Shown here in pieces: positions 27,941-37,287 of a stretch of DNA of 64,000 nt. The notes below the pieces were generated by a model that had not been told where the DNA came from, made no database searches, and saw nothing but the letters and a program-made list of their open reading frames with translations. The first letter of the stretch is position 1. The number at the start of each line of letters is the position of its first letter. Source of the stretch: an uncultured Actinomycetota bacterium (GTDB taxonomy: Bacteria > Actinomycetota > Actinomycetes > Propionibacteriales > Nocardioidaceae); NCBI GenBank assembly GCA_963746185.1, contig CAVVAE010000003.1, forward strand, positions 11,387-75,386, given 5' to 3'. A program made the translations under genes and the position numbers.

Positions 27941-28240
27941 TCAGTCCTTGCGTCGCGGGGCGTTGGGCAGATCTGGTGGCGGCACGTCGGCGTCCGGATC
28001 CGTGACCGCGGCATTGCTCGTCAACGGATCCACCTCTTCGACCCAGGCATCGATGTCTTCGACCAGCTCTCGCACGTCAGCAGCCGGAGCGTCGGTGTGC
28101 ACGACGTACACGATCGCCTCGCCGTCGTCGTCACCAGCGAACCGCTCCCGACTTGCACCAGCGGCGAACCCGGCGATCAGCAACGTGTCGACGAGACTGT
28201 CGGCGTCGTCCGACTCGTGAAACGTCACGCGGAGTGGCAT
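27941..28240 (-). CDS. Small acidic hypothetical protein (99 aa)
   Basis: GC3-rich ORF, strongly acidic (many D/E), with no recognisable motif. Confidence 0.5.
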   Translation of the reverse strand: MPLRVTFHESDDADSLVDTLLIAGFAAGASRERFAGDDDGEAIVYVVHTDAPAADVRELVEDIDAWVEEVDPLTSNAAVTDPDADVPPPDLPNAPRRKD

Positions 28241-28262
28241 CGCTCCTCCTCAGCTGAGTGAT

Positions 28263-28281
28263 CGCGGGAACTTCACCCGCG
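28263..28281 (-). terminator. Short GC hairpin downstream of the Nudix-kinase gene
   Basis: CGCGGG-AACTTCA-CCCGCG, 23 nt after the stop at 28304. There is no U-tract, so function is uncertain. Confidence 0.3.
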
Positions 28282-28303
28282 AGACTAGCGGCGGAAGCCC
28301 GCG

Positions 28304-29473
28304 CTACAGCAAGGCCCTGATGGCAGGCACCCGACCACGCAGCGCGTCGAGGGACTTCGCGGTGTACAAGGGTGCGCCGATCTTCTCGAGGTTGACCATC
28401 CCGGGGTCTCCGGCGGCTGCCCCGTCCACCATCACCCGGATCGAGCGCTCGATCCGAGCCACGACGGCGTCGAGGATCTCTCTCGCCGAGACATTTCCGC
28501 CGTAGGCGACCGTCATCACCTCGAGCCGATGGGCGCTCACGTCTGCCGGAAGGTCATCGTGCAGGGCCACCCAGTTCCACGCGGCGAAAGCCAGGTCGTC
28601 GAGTGGCTTGCCTGGCCCAGCCAGGTCCCAGTCGTACACACCGACCACCCGTTCGCCGTCTGCGGAGGTGCTCACGGCCACGTTGTACGGCGCGAAGTCG
28701 TGGTGGCAGATGATCTCGTCCTCCGCGAGAGGTCGGTGGACACTACGCCACGGTCCCTCGCCCCGAAAACTGACGACGGCATCGTGGTAGCGGCGCAGCC
28801 AACGCATCGCGTCGATGAGAAGTGGTTCAGGCTGAACGGTATGCATCTCGGGAACACTGCCCGGCAGATAGGTCAGGACTTCTCGTCCTTCGCTGTCGAT
28901 TCCGAGCACTCGGGGCACCTCAGCCAGGCCCGCCGCGTCGAGATGGGCGAGCAAGGCGTGGACGGAGTCGCTCCAAGGTCCGATCGCGCGACGTACGGTT
29001 CGGCCGATTCGCATGGCACCGCCGACGTTGCCGCCAGGCAGCCGGTGCCCATCGAGCAGGAGAGTCCGCAGCTCGCCGAGAAACGGCCGGTCTGCCGGCA
29101 GCCAGTCCACGTCCCCGATGTCCTCTGGCCCGAGCCAGCGCAGCGCGTCGTGTTCCGTAGGAGTCGGTTCGCCGTCAATCAGCCGGGCCACGTGGACGGT
29201 CAGCTCATAGCCAGGCTTGATCAGTGCCCGCCCAGCCAACGAGCCCACGACTTCGACCGTGCACGACAACTCCTCGCGGATCTCGCGCACGACCGCCTCG
29301 GCAGCGGTCTCTCCGGTGTCGATCTTGCCGCCCGGAAGCTCCCAGCCACCTGACACGTCTGACGGGTAGACGCGCCGCGCGGCGAGCACCCGGCCTGCGT
29401 GCACGACCGCAGCCGCGGCCACCTCTACGTTCGGTTCAGCCACGACACGCAGCCTCGCACACCAGGATTCCAA
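28304..29473 (-). CDS. Fusion protein: N-terminal Nudix (MutT-like) hydrolase plus C-terminal aminoglycoside-phosphotransferase-like kinase domain
   Basis: Nudix box GGWELPGGKIDTGETAAEAVVREIREELS. The C-terminal half has APH/choline-kinase-type catalytic blocks ICHHDFAPYNVAV (HxDxxxxN) and VGVYDWDLAGPG (DWD). Confidence 0.8.
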   Translation of the reverse strand: MESWCARLRVVAEPNVEVAAAAVVHAGRVLAARRVYPSDVSGGWELPGGKIDTGETAAEAVVREIREELSCTVEVVGSLAGRALIKPGYELTVHVARLIDGEPTPTEHDALRWLGPEDIGDVDWLPADRPFLGELRTLLLDGHRLPGGNVGGAMRIGRTVRRAIGPWSDSVHALLAHLDAAGLAEVPRVLGIDSEGREVLTYLPGSVPEMHTVQPEPLLIDAMRWLRRYHDAVVSFRGEGPWRSVHRPLAEDEIICHHDFAPYNVAVSTSADGERVVGVYDWDLAGPGKPLDDLAFAAWNWVALHDDLPADVSAHRLEVMTVAYGGNVSAREILDAVVARIERSIRVMVDGAAAGDPGMVNLEKIGAPLYTAKSLDALRGRVPAIRALL

Positions 29474-29502
29474 GGATTCGCGCGAAGCTGACGAGGCAAC
29501 TG

Positions 29503-30177
29503 CTACTGATCGCGGGTGGCGATGCCGGGGTAGTTGGTGACAAGGCCAGCGAGGTCGTAGGTCAGCTCACATTCGAAGTTGAACGTCGGAGATTCGTAGT
29601 GAAAGACGAGATTTTGCTCGCTCGTGTCGGTGAGTGTGTATCGCTGGTCAAGCCGCTCTACGCGAAGATCGTCGGCCCGGACGAATACGGCCGGGACTTC
29701 TACTGTCTCGTCTGCGACGAACGGGATGCGGTGAACGGGGAGGGTGTTAGTGACGGCCGATGACTCGAAGTCAACGTCCTCACATCCGTCAAGCTCGGGT
29801 CTGCGGACGCCATCAACGATCCATCGATGACCGTCAACGCGCTCAAGCGACAGGATCCGCACTCCCTTGGCGGTGGAGTTCATGGCCTGCACGGTCTGGG
29901 TGCGCCATTGAACGTCAACCTCGACCTCGTAACCGACTGTCCACAGTGACTGGTCTTCTCGGGCTGTCGTGTGACCACGGAGACAGTGCCGCTCGCCGTG
30001 GACCTCGACGAAGAGCACTTCAAATCCTGTGCGCACTCCGATGTGATTCCAGGCGGCCCTCGCCGGCATTGGCGCAAGCTGCAGCATCTTTCTGACCATA
30101 AAGGATCGATCCATCCGTCGTCGTGTCATCTGCAACCAGCTCTTGGTGCGCCTCGCGGATCCCGCAGCCTCGCACAC
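29503..30177 (-). CDS. Putative glycolipid-binding domain protein (DUF1089-like)
   Basis: From memory of the Glycolipid_bind family: AAWNHIGVRTGFEVLFV..., DVDFESSAVTNTLPVHR and CELTYDLAGLVTNYPGIA. The true start is probably internal. Confidence 0.65.
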   Translation of the reverse strand: MCEAAGSARRTKSWLQMTRRRMDRSFMVRKMLQLAPMPARAAWNHIGVRTGFEVLFVEVHGERHCLRGHTTAREDQSLWTVGYEVEVDVQWRTQTVQAMNSTAKGVRILSLERVDGHRWIVDGVRRPELDGCEDVDFESSAVTNTLPVHRIPFVADETVEVPAVFVRADDLRVERLDQRYTLTDTSEQNLVFHYESPTFNFECELTYDLAGLVTNYPGIATRDQ

Positions 30178-30262
30178 GCTCCAAGAAAGAAGTCAGCGAA
30201 TTCCGGGAACTCATGATGGGCTCCGGACATAGGTAGGTGTGAAGCCACTCGAGGGGATGCAC

Positions 30263-30847
30263 ATGGCGACGCAGGATCTCGACCACTCGGACTCCTTGCT
30301 CGTCGACGAGATGAGACGCGGGAGCAGCGCGGCGCTAGCTGCGTTGTTCGACCGTCACGCCGATGCCGTCTACACCTTCTGCTTCAGACGCACCGCGTCG
30401 TGGCACGCCGCCGAGGACGCCACCTCGACGGTGTTCCTCGAACTGTGGCGCGGCCGAACGAAGGCGACGGCGTACGACGACTCGGCCCTGCCCTGGCTGT
30501 ACGGCATAGCGCGAAACGTGTGCCGGACAACCGACAGGTCGGCCCGCCGGCTGACCAGGGCGTTGCGTCGGGTGCCGCATGAGGGGGCGGCATCCGGTGA
30601 CGACATGGCCGATCGCGTCGTACGACGTGTGGACAGCGAGCGCCAGATGGCCGCCGTCCTCGCAGCCATCGCCGAACTGCCCGAACGAGAGCGCGACGTC
30701 TTCGAACTCGTCGTGTGGGCCGGCGAGAGCTACGAGGCGGCAGCCGCTGCGCTCGAGGTCCCGATCGGCACGGTCCGCTCCCGACTCTCACGCGCTCGAC
30801 GGCGGTTGTCCCTGGCAGTCGACGACAGCGATGAGCCTGCGCCGTGA
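30263..30847 (+). CDS. ECF-type RNA polymerase sigma-70 family factor
   Basis: Region 2 (FDRHADAVYTFCFRRT...AEDATSTVFLELWR) and region 4 (LPERERDVFELVVWAGESYEAAAAALEVPIGTVRSRLSRARRRL). The ORF opens at 30239. The ATG at 30263 has GAGGGG 6 nt upstream. Confidence 0.88.
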   Translation: MATQDLDHSDSLLVDEMRRGSSAALAALFDRHADAVYTFCFRRTASWHAAEDATSTVFLELWRGRTKATAYDDSALPWLYGIARNVCRTTDRSARRLTRALRRVPHEGAASGDDMADRVVRRVDSERQMAAVLAAIAELPERERDVFELVVWAGESYEAAAAALEVPIGTVRSRLSRARRRLSLAVDDSDEPAP

Positions 30848-30907
30848 TCACCGTGATCAGCCGTGACCCGGCCCGCCAGCCATCCACCACGAGACGAAGG
30901 ATCTGCC

Positions 30908-31879
30908 ATGTCTGAACGCAATGACCTCACCCCGCCGCCAGAGGAGCCACTTCCCGGCGAGAGCAAGCAAGCTATCCGAGCCCGGTTGCTCGCGTCTGCC
31001 GACCAGCCGTCGATGTCGCCGGCCCGACGCTGGCTGATGCCCGCCCTGGCGGCCGCGGCCGTACTCATGATCGTGGCTGCGGGCGCCTTCGCTGTGAGCC
31101 GCGACGACAACTCAGGCGGCCCGGGCTCGCCGCAACCGCTGGCTCCGGCTGGTTCAGACTCCCCTGTGCCGGACGACATCACGTTCTCTGAGCCGGGTTG
31201 GACGTATTCTCCCGAACCAGAGCCGGACTATCCCAAGCCCCATTCGACGAACTACCCGACCGTCACGATCGATCCGACGATGACTCCCGACCCTGGTGCG
31301 GTGACCGCGACCAGTTGCGACGACGAGATCGACAGTCTCCACGAACCCAGTCTGCGCGGGGCCTCCGTCACCGCCGAGCGGGATGCCGGCCGCGGTACGA
31401 CCTACCTCTACGAGACCAAGTCGGCATGGGTCGTGTGCGACGACACGACGGCAGCCCCTGGGGGACCGCAGTCAGAGATGGGCTTCAGCCCCACTCTGGT
31501 GTCGTTCCATCAGAAGTCGGAGACCTACCAGCCTGACACCGGCACCCTCGGGATCAGCGAAAACTACATCTCCGACATCAACGGTGCCATCGGGTCCGCG
31601 TACTTCTTTGCGGCTGGACGCGACTTCGACGGCGTCCAGGCGATCTCCTACAAGTTCCCGGACGGTCACACCGAGGACGCGGTCGTCGGACAGAACGGGC
31701 TCTGGTCGATGAATTACCTCGTGACTGACCCCTCGACGGTCCGTCTCTACGCGGGTGGCCGCCAACTCGACCCGATCGAGGTCACCGTCCACTACTCGCC
31801 AGGGGGCGGTGGTGGCACCGACACCTTCACCCTGCAGTGGGGCCTCAACACCTGCGCCCAGGTCAACCATGGTTGTTGA
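30908..31879 (+). CDS. Single-pass membrane protein with large extracytoplasmic domain; candidate cognate anti-sigma factor
   Basis: Short cytoplasmic N-terminus, a TM segment (WLMPALAAAAVLMIVAAGAFAV), and a P/T/D-rich linker followed by about 230 aa. Located directly downstream of the ECF sigma gene. No zinc-finger anti-sigma motif is visible. Confidence 0.55.
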   Translation: MSERNDLTPPPEEPLPGESKQAIRARLLASADQPSMSPARRWLMPALAAAAVLMIVAAGAFAVSRDDNSGGPGSPQPLAPAGSDSPVPDDITFSEPGWTYSPEPEPDYPKPHSTNYPTVTIDPTMTPDPGAVTATSCDDEIDSLHEPSLRGASVTAERDAGRGTTYLYETKSAWVVCDDTTAAPGGPQSEMGFSPTLVSFHQKSETYQPDTGTLGISENYISDINGAIGSAYFFAAGRDFDGVQAISYKFPDGHTEDAVVGQNGLWSMNYLVTDPSTVRLYAGGRQLDPIEVTVHYSPGGGGGTDTFTLQWGLNTCAQVNHGC

Positions 31880-31930
31880 TTTGACGGAGTGAGAGGACGG
31901 CGAAGCCGTCGGCTCATTCCGCCAAATCAA
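31876..31930 (+). terminator. Nested stem-loop after the ECF/anti-sigma pair
   Basis: Outer arms TTGATTTGACGG (31876-31887) and CCGCCAAATCAA (31919-31930) pair at 11 of 12 positions. The inner perfect hairpin is GACGGC-GAA-GCCGTC (31896-31910). It overlaps the stop codon. No U-tract. Confidence 0.45.
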
Positions 31931-32129
31931 AGGGGGCCTGGCGCGGCGCAGCCGTGACAGGCCCTCAAGCCACGTGCGGCCGATGCCGTACTCCTCTCCA
32001 TCAGCCGTGAGGTGTCTACAAACTCACATGACCTGGGCGTACGTGTCAGCGAGCGCAGCGGTAAAGTCCGAGCCAGCCGAGGATGGGACTGCGACCACCG
32101 CATCGTGACGAGCTGAAGGAAGCCAACGC

Positions 32130-32918
32130 ATGTCGACAGGAGTCATGGGGCCGGGCCGCGCCCGCATACCAGCGAAGACGTTCCGTCAGGACCGCTGGTG
32201 GATCGTGCCCTTGGCAACCTTCGTGGTGTTCACGGCGTTCGTCATCTACGCAACGTGGCGGGCCTTCGCGGGAGAGCACTACTACTCGGCTCCCTACATC
32301 TCCCCGCTCTACTCCCCTTGCCTCACCGACAGTTGCGTCGAGGGCTCTTCGGACTTCGGACAGCCCTTCTCTTGGTGGAACCTCTCCCCCGCGTTGCTCA
32401 TCCTGATCTTCCCACTCGGGTTCCGGCTGACCTGTTACTACTACCGGAAGGCCTACTACCGGTCGTTCTGGCTCTCCCCACCCGCGTGTGCCGTCGCCGA
32501 GCCGCACCGCAACTACACCGGTGAGACACGGCTCCCGCTGATCCTGCAGAACATCCACCGCTACTTCTGGTACGCCGCCATCGTGGTCTCGCTGATCCTG
32601 ACCTACGACGTCGTACTCGCCTTCCGCGACGAGCACGAGGAGTGGGGGCACATGGGCCTCGGCACGGTGATCTTCGTGATCAACATCGTGCTGATCTGGC
32701 TCTACACCTTGTCGTGTCACTCCTGTCGACATGCGGTCGGTGGGCGCCTCCGGCACTTCTCCAAGCATCCGTTGCGCTACAAGCTGTGGACCGGCGTCTC
32801 GAAGCTCAACCTGAGCCACGCCAAGTATGCGTGGCTGTCCCTCTTCTCGGTCGCGTTTGCTGACCTCTATGTCTACCTGTTGTCCACCGGCGCCTTCGAC
32901 GACCCGAGGTTCTTCTGA
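32130..32918 (+). CDS. Succinate dehydrogenase/fumarate reductase membrane anchor (Sdh1, Rv0249c-type)
   Basis: Polytopic membrane protein with conserved His/Cys (HRYFWY, CHSCRH), immediately upstream of the flavoprotein and Fe-S subunits. Confidence 0.78.
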   Translation: MSTGVMGPGRARIPAKTFRQDRWWIVPLATFVVFTAFVIYATWRAFAGEHYYSAPYISPLYSPCLTDSCVEGSSDFGQPFSWWNLSPALLILIFPLGFRLTCYYYRKAYYRSFWLSPPACAVAEPHRNYTGETRLPLILQNIHRYFWYAAIVVSLILTYDVVLAFRDEHEEWGHMGLGTVIFVINIVLIWLYTLSCHSCRHAVGGRLRHFSKHPLRYKLWTGVSKLNLSHAKYAWLSLFSVAFADLYVYLLSTGAFDDPRFF

Positions 32919-32920
32919 AC

Positions 32921-34795
32921 ATGAGCACGCCATCCGAACAGAACCCGGCACGCCACCCGATGACGGGCAACGTGCTGAGCAGCGACTCCCCGTCTGAGCC
33001 GCACGGCTTTGAAGAGCACACGTACGACGTCGTGGTCATCGGCGCCGGCGGGGCCGGGCTGCGCGCCGCGATCGCCGCCAACGACGCCGGCGCACGCACG
33101 GCCATCGTCTGCAAGTCACTGTTGGGCAAGGCGCACACCGTGATGGCCGAAGGCGGCATCGCAGCCTCGATGGGCAACGTCTACCCCGAGGACAATTGGA
33201 AGGTTCACTTCCGCGACACCATGCGCGGCGGCAAGATGCTCAACAACTGGCGGATGGCTCAGTTGCACGCCCAAGAAGCACCCGAGCGAGTGATGGAGCT
33301 CGAGGACTGGGGAGCACTGTTCGACCGGACCCCTGACGGTCTGATCTCCCAGCGCGACTTCGGCGGCCACCGCTACGCTCGCCTCGCCCACGTCGGGGAC
33401 CGCACCGGGCTCGAGATGATCCGCACTCTGCAACAGCGCGCTGTCGCTGTCGGGATCGACGTGTTCATGGAGTGCACGGTCACCGAGATCTTCAAGGATG
33501 GCGACCGGGTCTCCGGAGCCTTCGCCTACTGGCGCGAGTCCGGTCGGTTCATCGTCTTCAAGACTCCGAACGTGGTGCTCGCCACCGGCGGCATCGGCAA
33601 GTCCTACCAGGTCACCAGCAACTCCTGGGAGTACACCGGCGACGGCCACTCGTTGGCGCTGCGCACCGGTGCCTCGCTCATCAACATGGAGTTCGTGCAG
33701 TTCCACCCCACCGGCATGGTCTGGCCACCGTCGGTCCGCGGTCTCCTCGTCACCGAGTCCGTTCGCGGAGATGGCGGGGTGCTGCGCAACTCCGAAGGCA
33801 AGCGCTTCATGTTCGACTACATCCCGGAGTTCTTCAAAGCCGAGACCGCCGACAGTGAAGAAGAAGGCGACCGCTGGTACGACGACAAGACCAACAACCG
33901 GCGGCCACCCGAGCTGCTCCCTCGTGACGAGGTCGCGCGAGCGATCAACTCCGAGATCAAGGCGGGTCGCGGATCCCCGCATGGCGGCGTCTTCCTCGAC
34001 ATCGCCTCACGTCGTACGCCGGAGTTCATCAAGCGCCGGCTGCCGTCGATGTACCACCAGTTCAAAGAGCTCGCTGACGTCGACATCACCGCCGAACCGA
34101 TGGAGATCGGCCCGACCTGCCACTACGTCATGGGCGGCGTCGAGGTCGACGCCGACACCGGGCAGAGCATCGTCGAGGGGCTGTACGCCGCTGGCGAGGT
34201 GGCTGGCGGGATGCACGGGTCGAACCGGCTAGGCGGAAACTCGCTGTCTGACCTGCTCGTTTTCGGTCGCCGAGCTGGGCTCAACGCGGCGTACGCTGCC
34301 GAACGGACATCCGCGAACCGGCCCGTCGTGACCGACGACGAGGTGAAGGACGCAGCCGAGCGAGCGCTTGCTCCGTTCACTGTCGAAGGGGGCGAGAACC
34401 CCTACACGATCCAGAACGACCTGCAAGACATCATGCAGCGACTGGTCGGAATCATCCGGGACGCCGATGAGCTCTCGGAGTCGCTCCAGGAGATCGACGC
34501 GCTCCGCGAACGAGCCTCGCGCCTCTCCGTGGAGGGCAACCGCCAGTACAACCCTGGCTGGCACCTTGCGCTCGACCTCAGCAACATGCTCATCGTGTCG
34601 GAGTGCATCGCCAAGGCCGCGCTCGAGCGCAAGGAGTCACGAGGTGGCCACACCCGCGACGACTACCCCGGCCCTGACCGGTCCTGGGGCACCGTGAACC
34701 TCGTGGAAACACTCGGCGAGGATGGCCACGTCGAGATCAAGCACCAACCACTGCCCGTCATGCCTGACGAGCTCAAGTCCATGTTCGAGCAGTGA
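32921..34795 (+). CDS. sdhA: Succinate dehydrogenase/fumarate reductase flavoprotein subunit
   Basis: FAD motifs DVVVIGAGGAGLRAA and AHTVMAEGG, the active-site region FHPTG, and SRGGHTRDDYP. Confidence 0.95.
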   Translation: MSTPSEQNPARHPMTGNVLSSDSPSEPHGFEEHTYDVVVIGAGGAGLRAAIAANDAGARTAIVCKSLLGKAHTVMAEGGIAASMGNVYPEDNWKVHFRDTMRGGKMLNNWRMAQLHAQEAPERVMELEDWGALFDRTPDGLISQRDFGGHRYARLAHVGDRTGLEMIRTLQQRAVAVGIDVFMECTVTEIFKDGDRVSGAFAYWRESGRFIVFKTPNVVLATGGIGKSYQVTSNSWEYTGDGHSLALRTGASLINMEFVQFHPTGMVWPPSVRGLLVTESVRGDGGVLRNSEGKRFMFDYIPEFFKAETADSEEEGDRWYDDKTNNRRPPELLPRDEVARAINSEIKAGRGSPHGGVFLDIASRRTPEFIKRRLPSMYHQFKELADVDITAEPMEIGPTCHYVMGGVEVDADTGQSIVEGLYAAGEVAGGMHGSNRLGGNSLSDLLVFGRRAGLNAAYAAERTSANRPVVTDDEVKDAAERALAPFTVEGGENPYTIQNDLQDIMQRLVGIIRDADELSESLQEIDALRERASRLSVEGNRQYNPGWHLALDLSNMLIVSECIAKAALERKESRGGHTRDDYPGPDRSWGTVNLVETLGEDGHVEIKHQPLPVMPDELKSMFEQ

Positions 34796-34808
34796 GGGAG
34801 ACGCACTG

Positions 34809-35582
34809 ATGGGATACGACCTCAAGCTTCGCATCTGGCGCGGCGACAAGTCGGGCGGCGAGCTCGGCGACTACACCGTCGCGGTAGAGGAAGGGGAGGT
34901 AGTGCTCGACGCGATCCACCGGCTGCAGGCGACTCAGGCCGGGGACCTCGCGGTGCGATGGAACTGCAAGGCAGGCAAGTGCGGCTCGTGCAGTGCCGAG
35001 ATCAACGGCAAGCCACGGCTGATGTGCATGACACGGCTGACCGACTTCGATGCGTCCGAGACCATTACCGTCACGCCGTTGCGCACGTTCCCGATCATCC
35101 GCGACCTGGTCTGCGACGTCTCGTTCAATTACGAGAAAGCCAAGCAGGTACCAGCGTTCGCGCCCATCCCCCGCGACGCTGACGGCAAACGCCGAATGCA
35201 ACAAGTCGAGGTCGAGCGCGGCCAAGAGTTCCGCAAGTGCATCGAGTGCTTCTTGTGCCAGGACGTCTGCCACGTCATCCGCGACCACGACGACAACAAG
35301 GAGTCGTTCGCGGGCCCACGGTTCTTCCTGCGGTACGCCGAGCTCGACATGCACCCGCTCGACACCAACGACCGCCGCCAGCTGGCGCAGGATGCCGCAG
35401 GTATCGGGATGTGCAACATCACCAAGTGCTGCACCGAGGTGTGCCCCGAAGGGATCAAGATCACAGACAACGCGATCATCCCGATGAAGGAACGTGTCGC
35501 TGACCGCAAGTACGACCCGCTCGTCTGGCTTGGCTCGAAGATCTTCACCCGCGGCGACCGCGCCGGCCGCTCGGAGGTCTGA
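34809..35582 (+). CDS. sdhB: Succinate dehydrogenase/fumarate reductase iron-sulfur subunit
   Basis: [2Fe-2S] motif CKAGKCGSCSAEINGKPRLMC, plus CIECFLCQDVC and CNITKCCTEVCP clusters. Start at the ATG at 34809 (MGYDLKLRIW). Confidence 0.95.
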   Translation: MGYDLKLRIWRGDKSGGELGDYTVAVEEGEVVLDAIHRLQATQAGDLAVRWNCKAGKCGSCSAEINGKPRLMCMTRLTDFDASETITVTPLRTFPIIRDLVCDVSFNYEKAKQVPAFAPIPRDADGKRRMQQVEVERGQEFRKCIECFLCQDVCHVIRDHDDNKESFAGPRFFLRYAELDMHPLDTNDRRQLAQDAAGIGMCNITKCCTEVCPEGIKITDNAIIPMKERVADRKYDPLVWLGSKIFTRGDRAGRSEV

Positions 35583-35745
35583 GCTTTCAGCACTCGTTCG
35601 ATTTTGTATGCAGTTCGAAGTCTCAGGTGAGCGTGCATGGTCGAAACCGCGAGAGCGCAACGTCTCACCGACGGCACGCGACCTCCGAGCGTGCAAACTC
35701 CTCCAGCGCAGGCAGAGACCTACCGACACCTTTAGGCTCGGCTTC

Positions 35746-36852
35746 GTGTCGAGACTGTGGAAGGTCTACTCCGGATTGCGCCGCTGGACGCGGTTGCGTG
35801 CGACGGGTGACGGGATCCGGCTCTTCGAAGGCGCTGACCTCGGGCGCAGCGTCGATCGGCTTGCGGAGTCTCTCGGCGGCCGGGCCGGGATCGACGAAGT
35901 ACTGGCAGACCTCGATCGCAACGCCGTGGTGGTCGACATACCCGCGACTGCTGCCACCTACGGGTTTCGCTGGGACGATGCCGATTCCGGTGATGCGGAG
36001 TGGTGGCCTCAGGGCATCACCACGTCGGCCGACGCAAGCGACGCCGAGGACATCAGGGGACGCAAGCTCGTGGTGGTGGCGTGGTACGCCAAGCGGCTCA
36101 AAGGACTGACCAAGGGTGTGCGCCTGAGCTTCGCCGATGTCACGGACGAGAGTGCGCCGCGCTACCGACATGTGCTGCTCGTCGAACCATCGAGGAACTG
36201 GCTGACACGCAAGGTGTCGATGCGTCCAGTGCCGGTGCACGCCGGCGGGATCCTCTGGTACGGACCGTCGATTCTCGTGGCGGACACCAGCGGCGGCTTC
36301 CGCACGTTCCAGGTGGACGACATCCTGCGCGTCGACGGCGACGGCTGGCGCGGCTACCAGTACGTGATGCCCCAGCGGACGTCGTACAAGGCCGTGAACG
36401 ACCGCGGCTTCTCGCCCTTCAGGTTTTCGTTCGTCTCGCTGGACCGCAGCGGACCTGACCACCAGCTGATCGCCGGCGAGTACGGCGGCACCGGCACCAA
36501 GAACCGGCTGATCCGTTTCCGCTTCGACGCAGCGAAGACGGCGCTCGCGATGGACGACGGTGTGTCACGGCCCGAGGAGATCGTGCTCGACGGGCTGACC
36601 CACATGCAGGGTGCGACCGTCGTTCGCGGCACGTACTACCTCTCGACGAGCCGCGGCGGCAAGACACCGGGCACGTTGTGGGTTCGGCCGCCTGGTGAAG
36701 AAGTTCGCGAGTACCGCGGCGTGCTGGCGATCGGACCCGAGGACCTCACGTACTGGCCGCAGCGTGATGAGCTGTGGAACTGCTCGGAGTACGTCCAGAA
36801 GCGCTACGTCTACTCGATGCCCCTCGCCACCTTCTCCGAATCGCCTGACTGA
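35746..36852 (+). CDS. Conserved hypothetical protein (about 368 aa, beta-rich)
   Basis: Long GC3-rich ORF with no motif I can assign (WWPQGITTS, HAGGILWYGPSILVADTSGG, GEYGGTGTKNRLIRF). Start uncertain: GTG at 35746 or ATG at 35608. Confidence 0.6.
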   Translation: MSRLWKVYSGLRRWTRLRATGDGIRLFEGADLGRSVDRLAESLGGRAGIDEVLADLDRNAVVVDIPATAATYGFRWDDADSGDAEWWPQGITTSADASDAEDIRGRKLVVVAWYAKRLKGLTKGVRLSFADVTDESAPRYRHVLLVEPSRNWLTRKVSMRPVPVHAGGILWYGPSILVADTSGGFRTFQVDDILRVDGDGWRGYQYVMPQRTSYKAVNDRGFSPFRFSFVSLDRSGPDHQLIAGEYGGTGTKNRLIRFRFDAAKTALAMDDGVSRPEEIVLDGLTHMQGATVVRGTYYLSTSRGGKTPGTLWVRPPGEEVREYRGVLAIGPEDLTYWPQRDELWNCSEYVQKRYVYSMPLATFSESPD

Positions 36853-36914
36853 GCGCGGACCGATTGAGCACGGGCTGGTCGGACGAATCGGGGCCAGCGG
36901 CGTACGGTGAAGTC

Positions 36915-37202
36915 ATGGCAAGTGTGCTGACGCAGGACCAGATCTCCGAGGCCCTCGACTCACTGAGTGGCTGGACGCTCGAGGGTGGCGACACGATCCG
37001 GCGAGATGTCACGGCAGACTCTTTCGCGGGTGGGATCTCGCTCGTCGACCAGGTCGCCGTCATCGCTGACGCGATGGACCACCACCCCGACATCGACATC
37101 CGCTGGACGACGATCACGTTTCGGCTGTCCACGCACTCCGCGGGCGGGTTGACTCACAACGACTTCCGGCTGGCTGCCGAGATCGACCGACTCGCTCCCT
37201 GA
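36915..37202 (+). CDS. phhB: 4a-hydroxytetrahydrobiopterin dehydratase (pterin-4-alpha-carbinolamine dehydratase)
   Basis: LSGWTLEGG...F...A..FV..VA..A....HHPDIDIRWTTITFRLSTH is the PCD signature. Confidence 0.9.
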   Translation: MASVLTQDQISEALDSLSGWTLEGGDTIRRDVTADSFAGGISLVDQVAVIADAMDHHPDIDIRWTTITFRLSTHSAGGLTHNDFRLAAEIDRLAP

Positions 37203-37287
37203 GCCCGCCTCTGGACCCCCAGCCCCCGCGGGGTAATACTGGAGAAGATCCCCGCGGAGACTCCGCGCCGGATCTGGAGGTCTCCAG

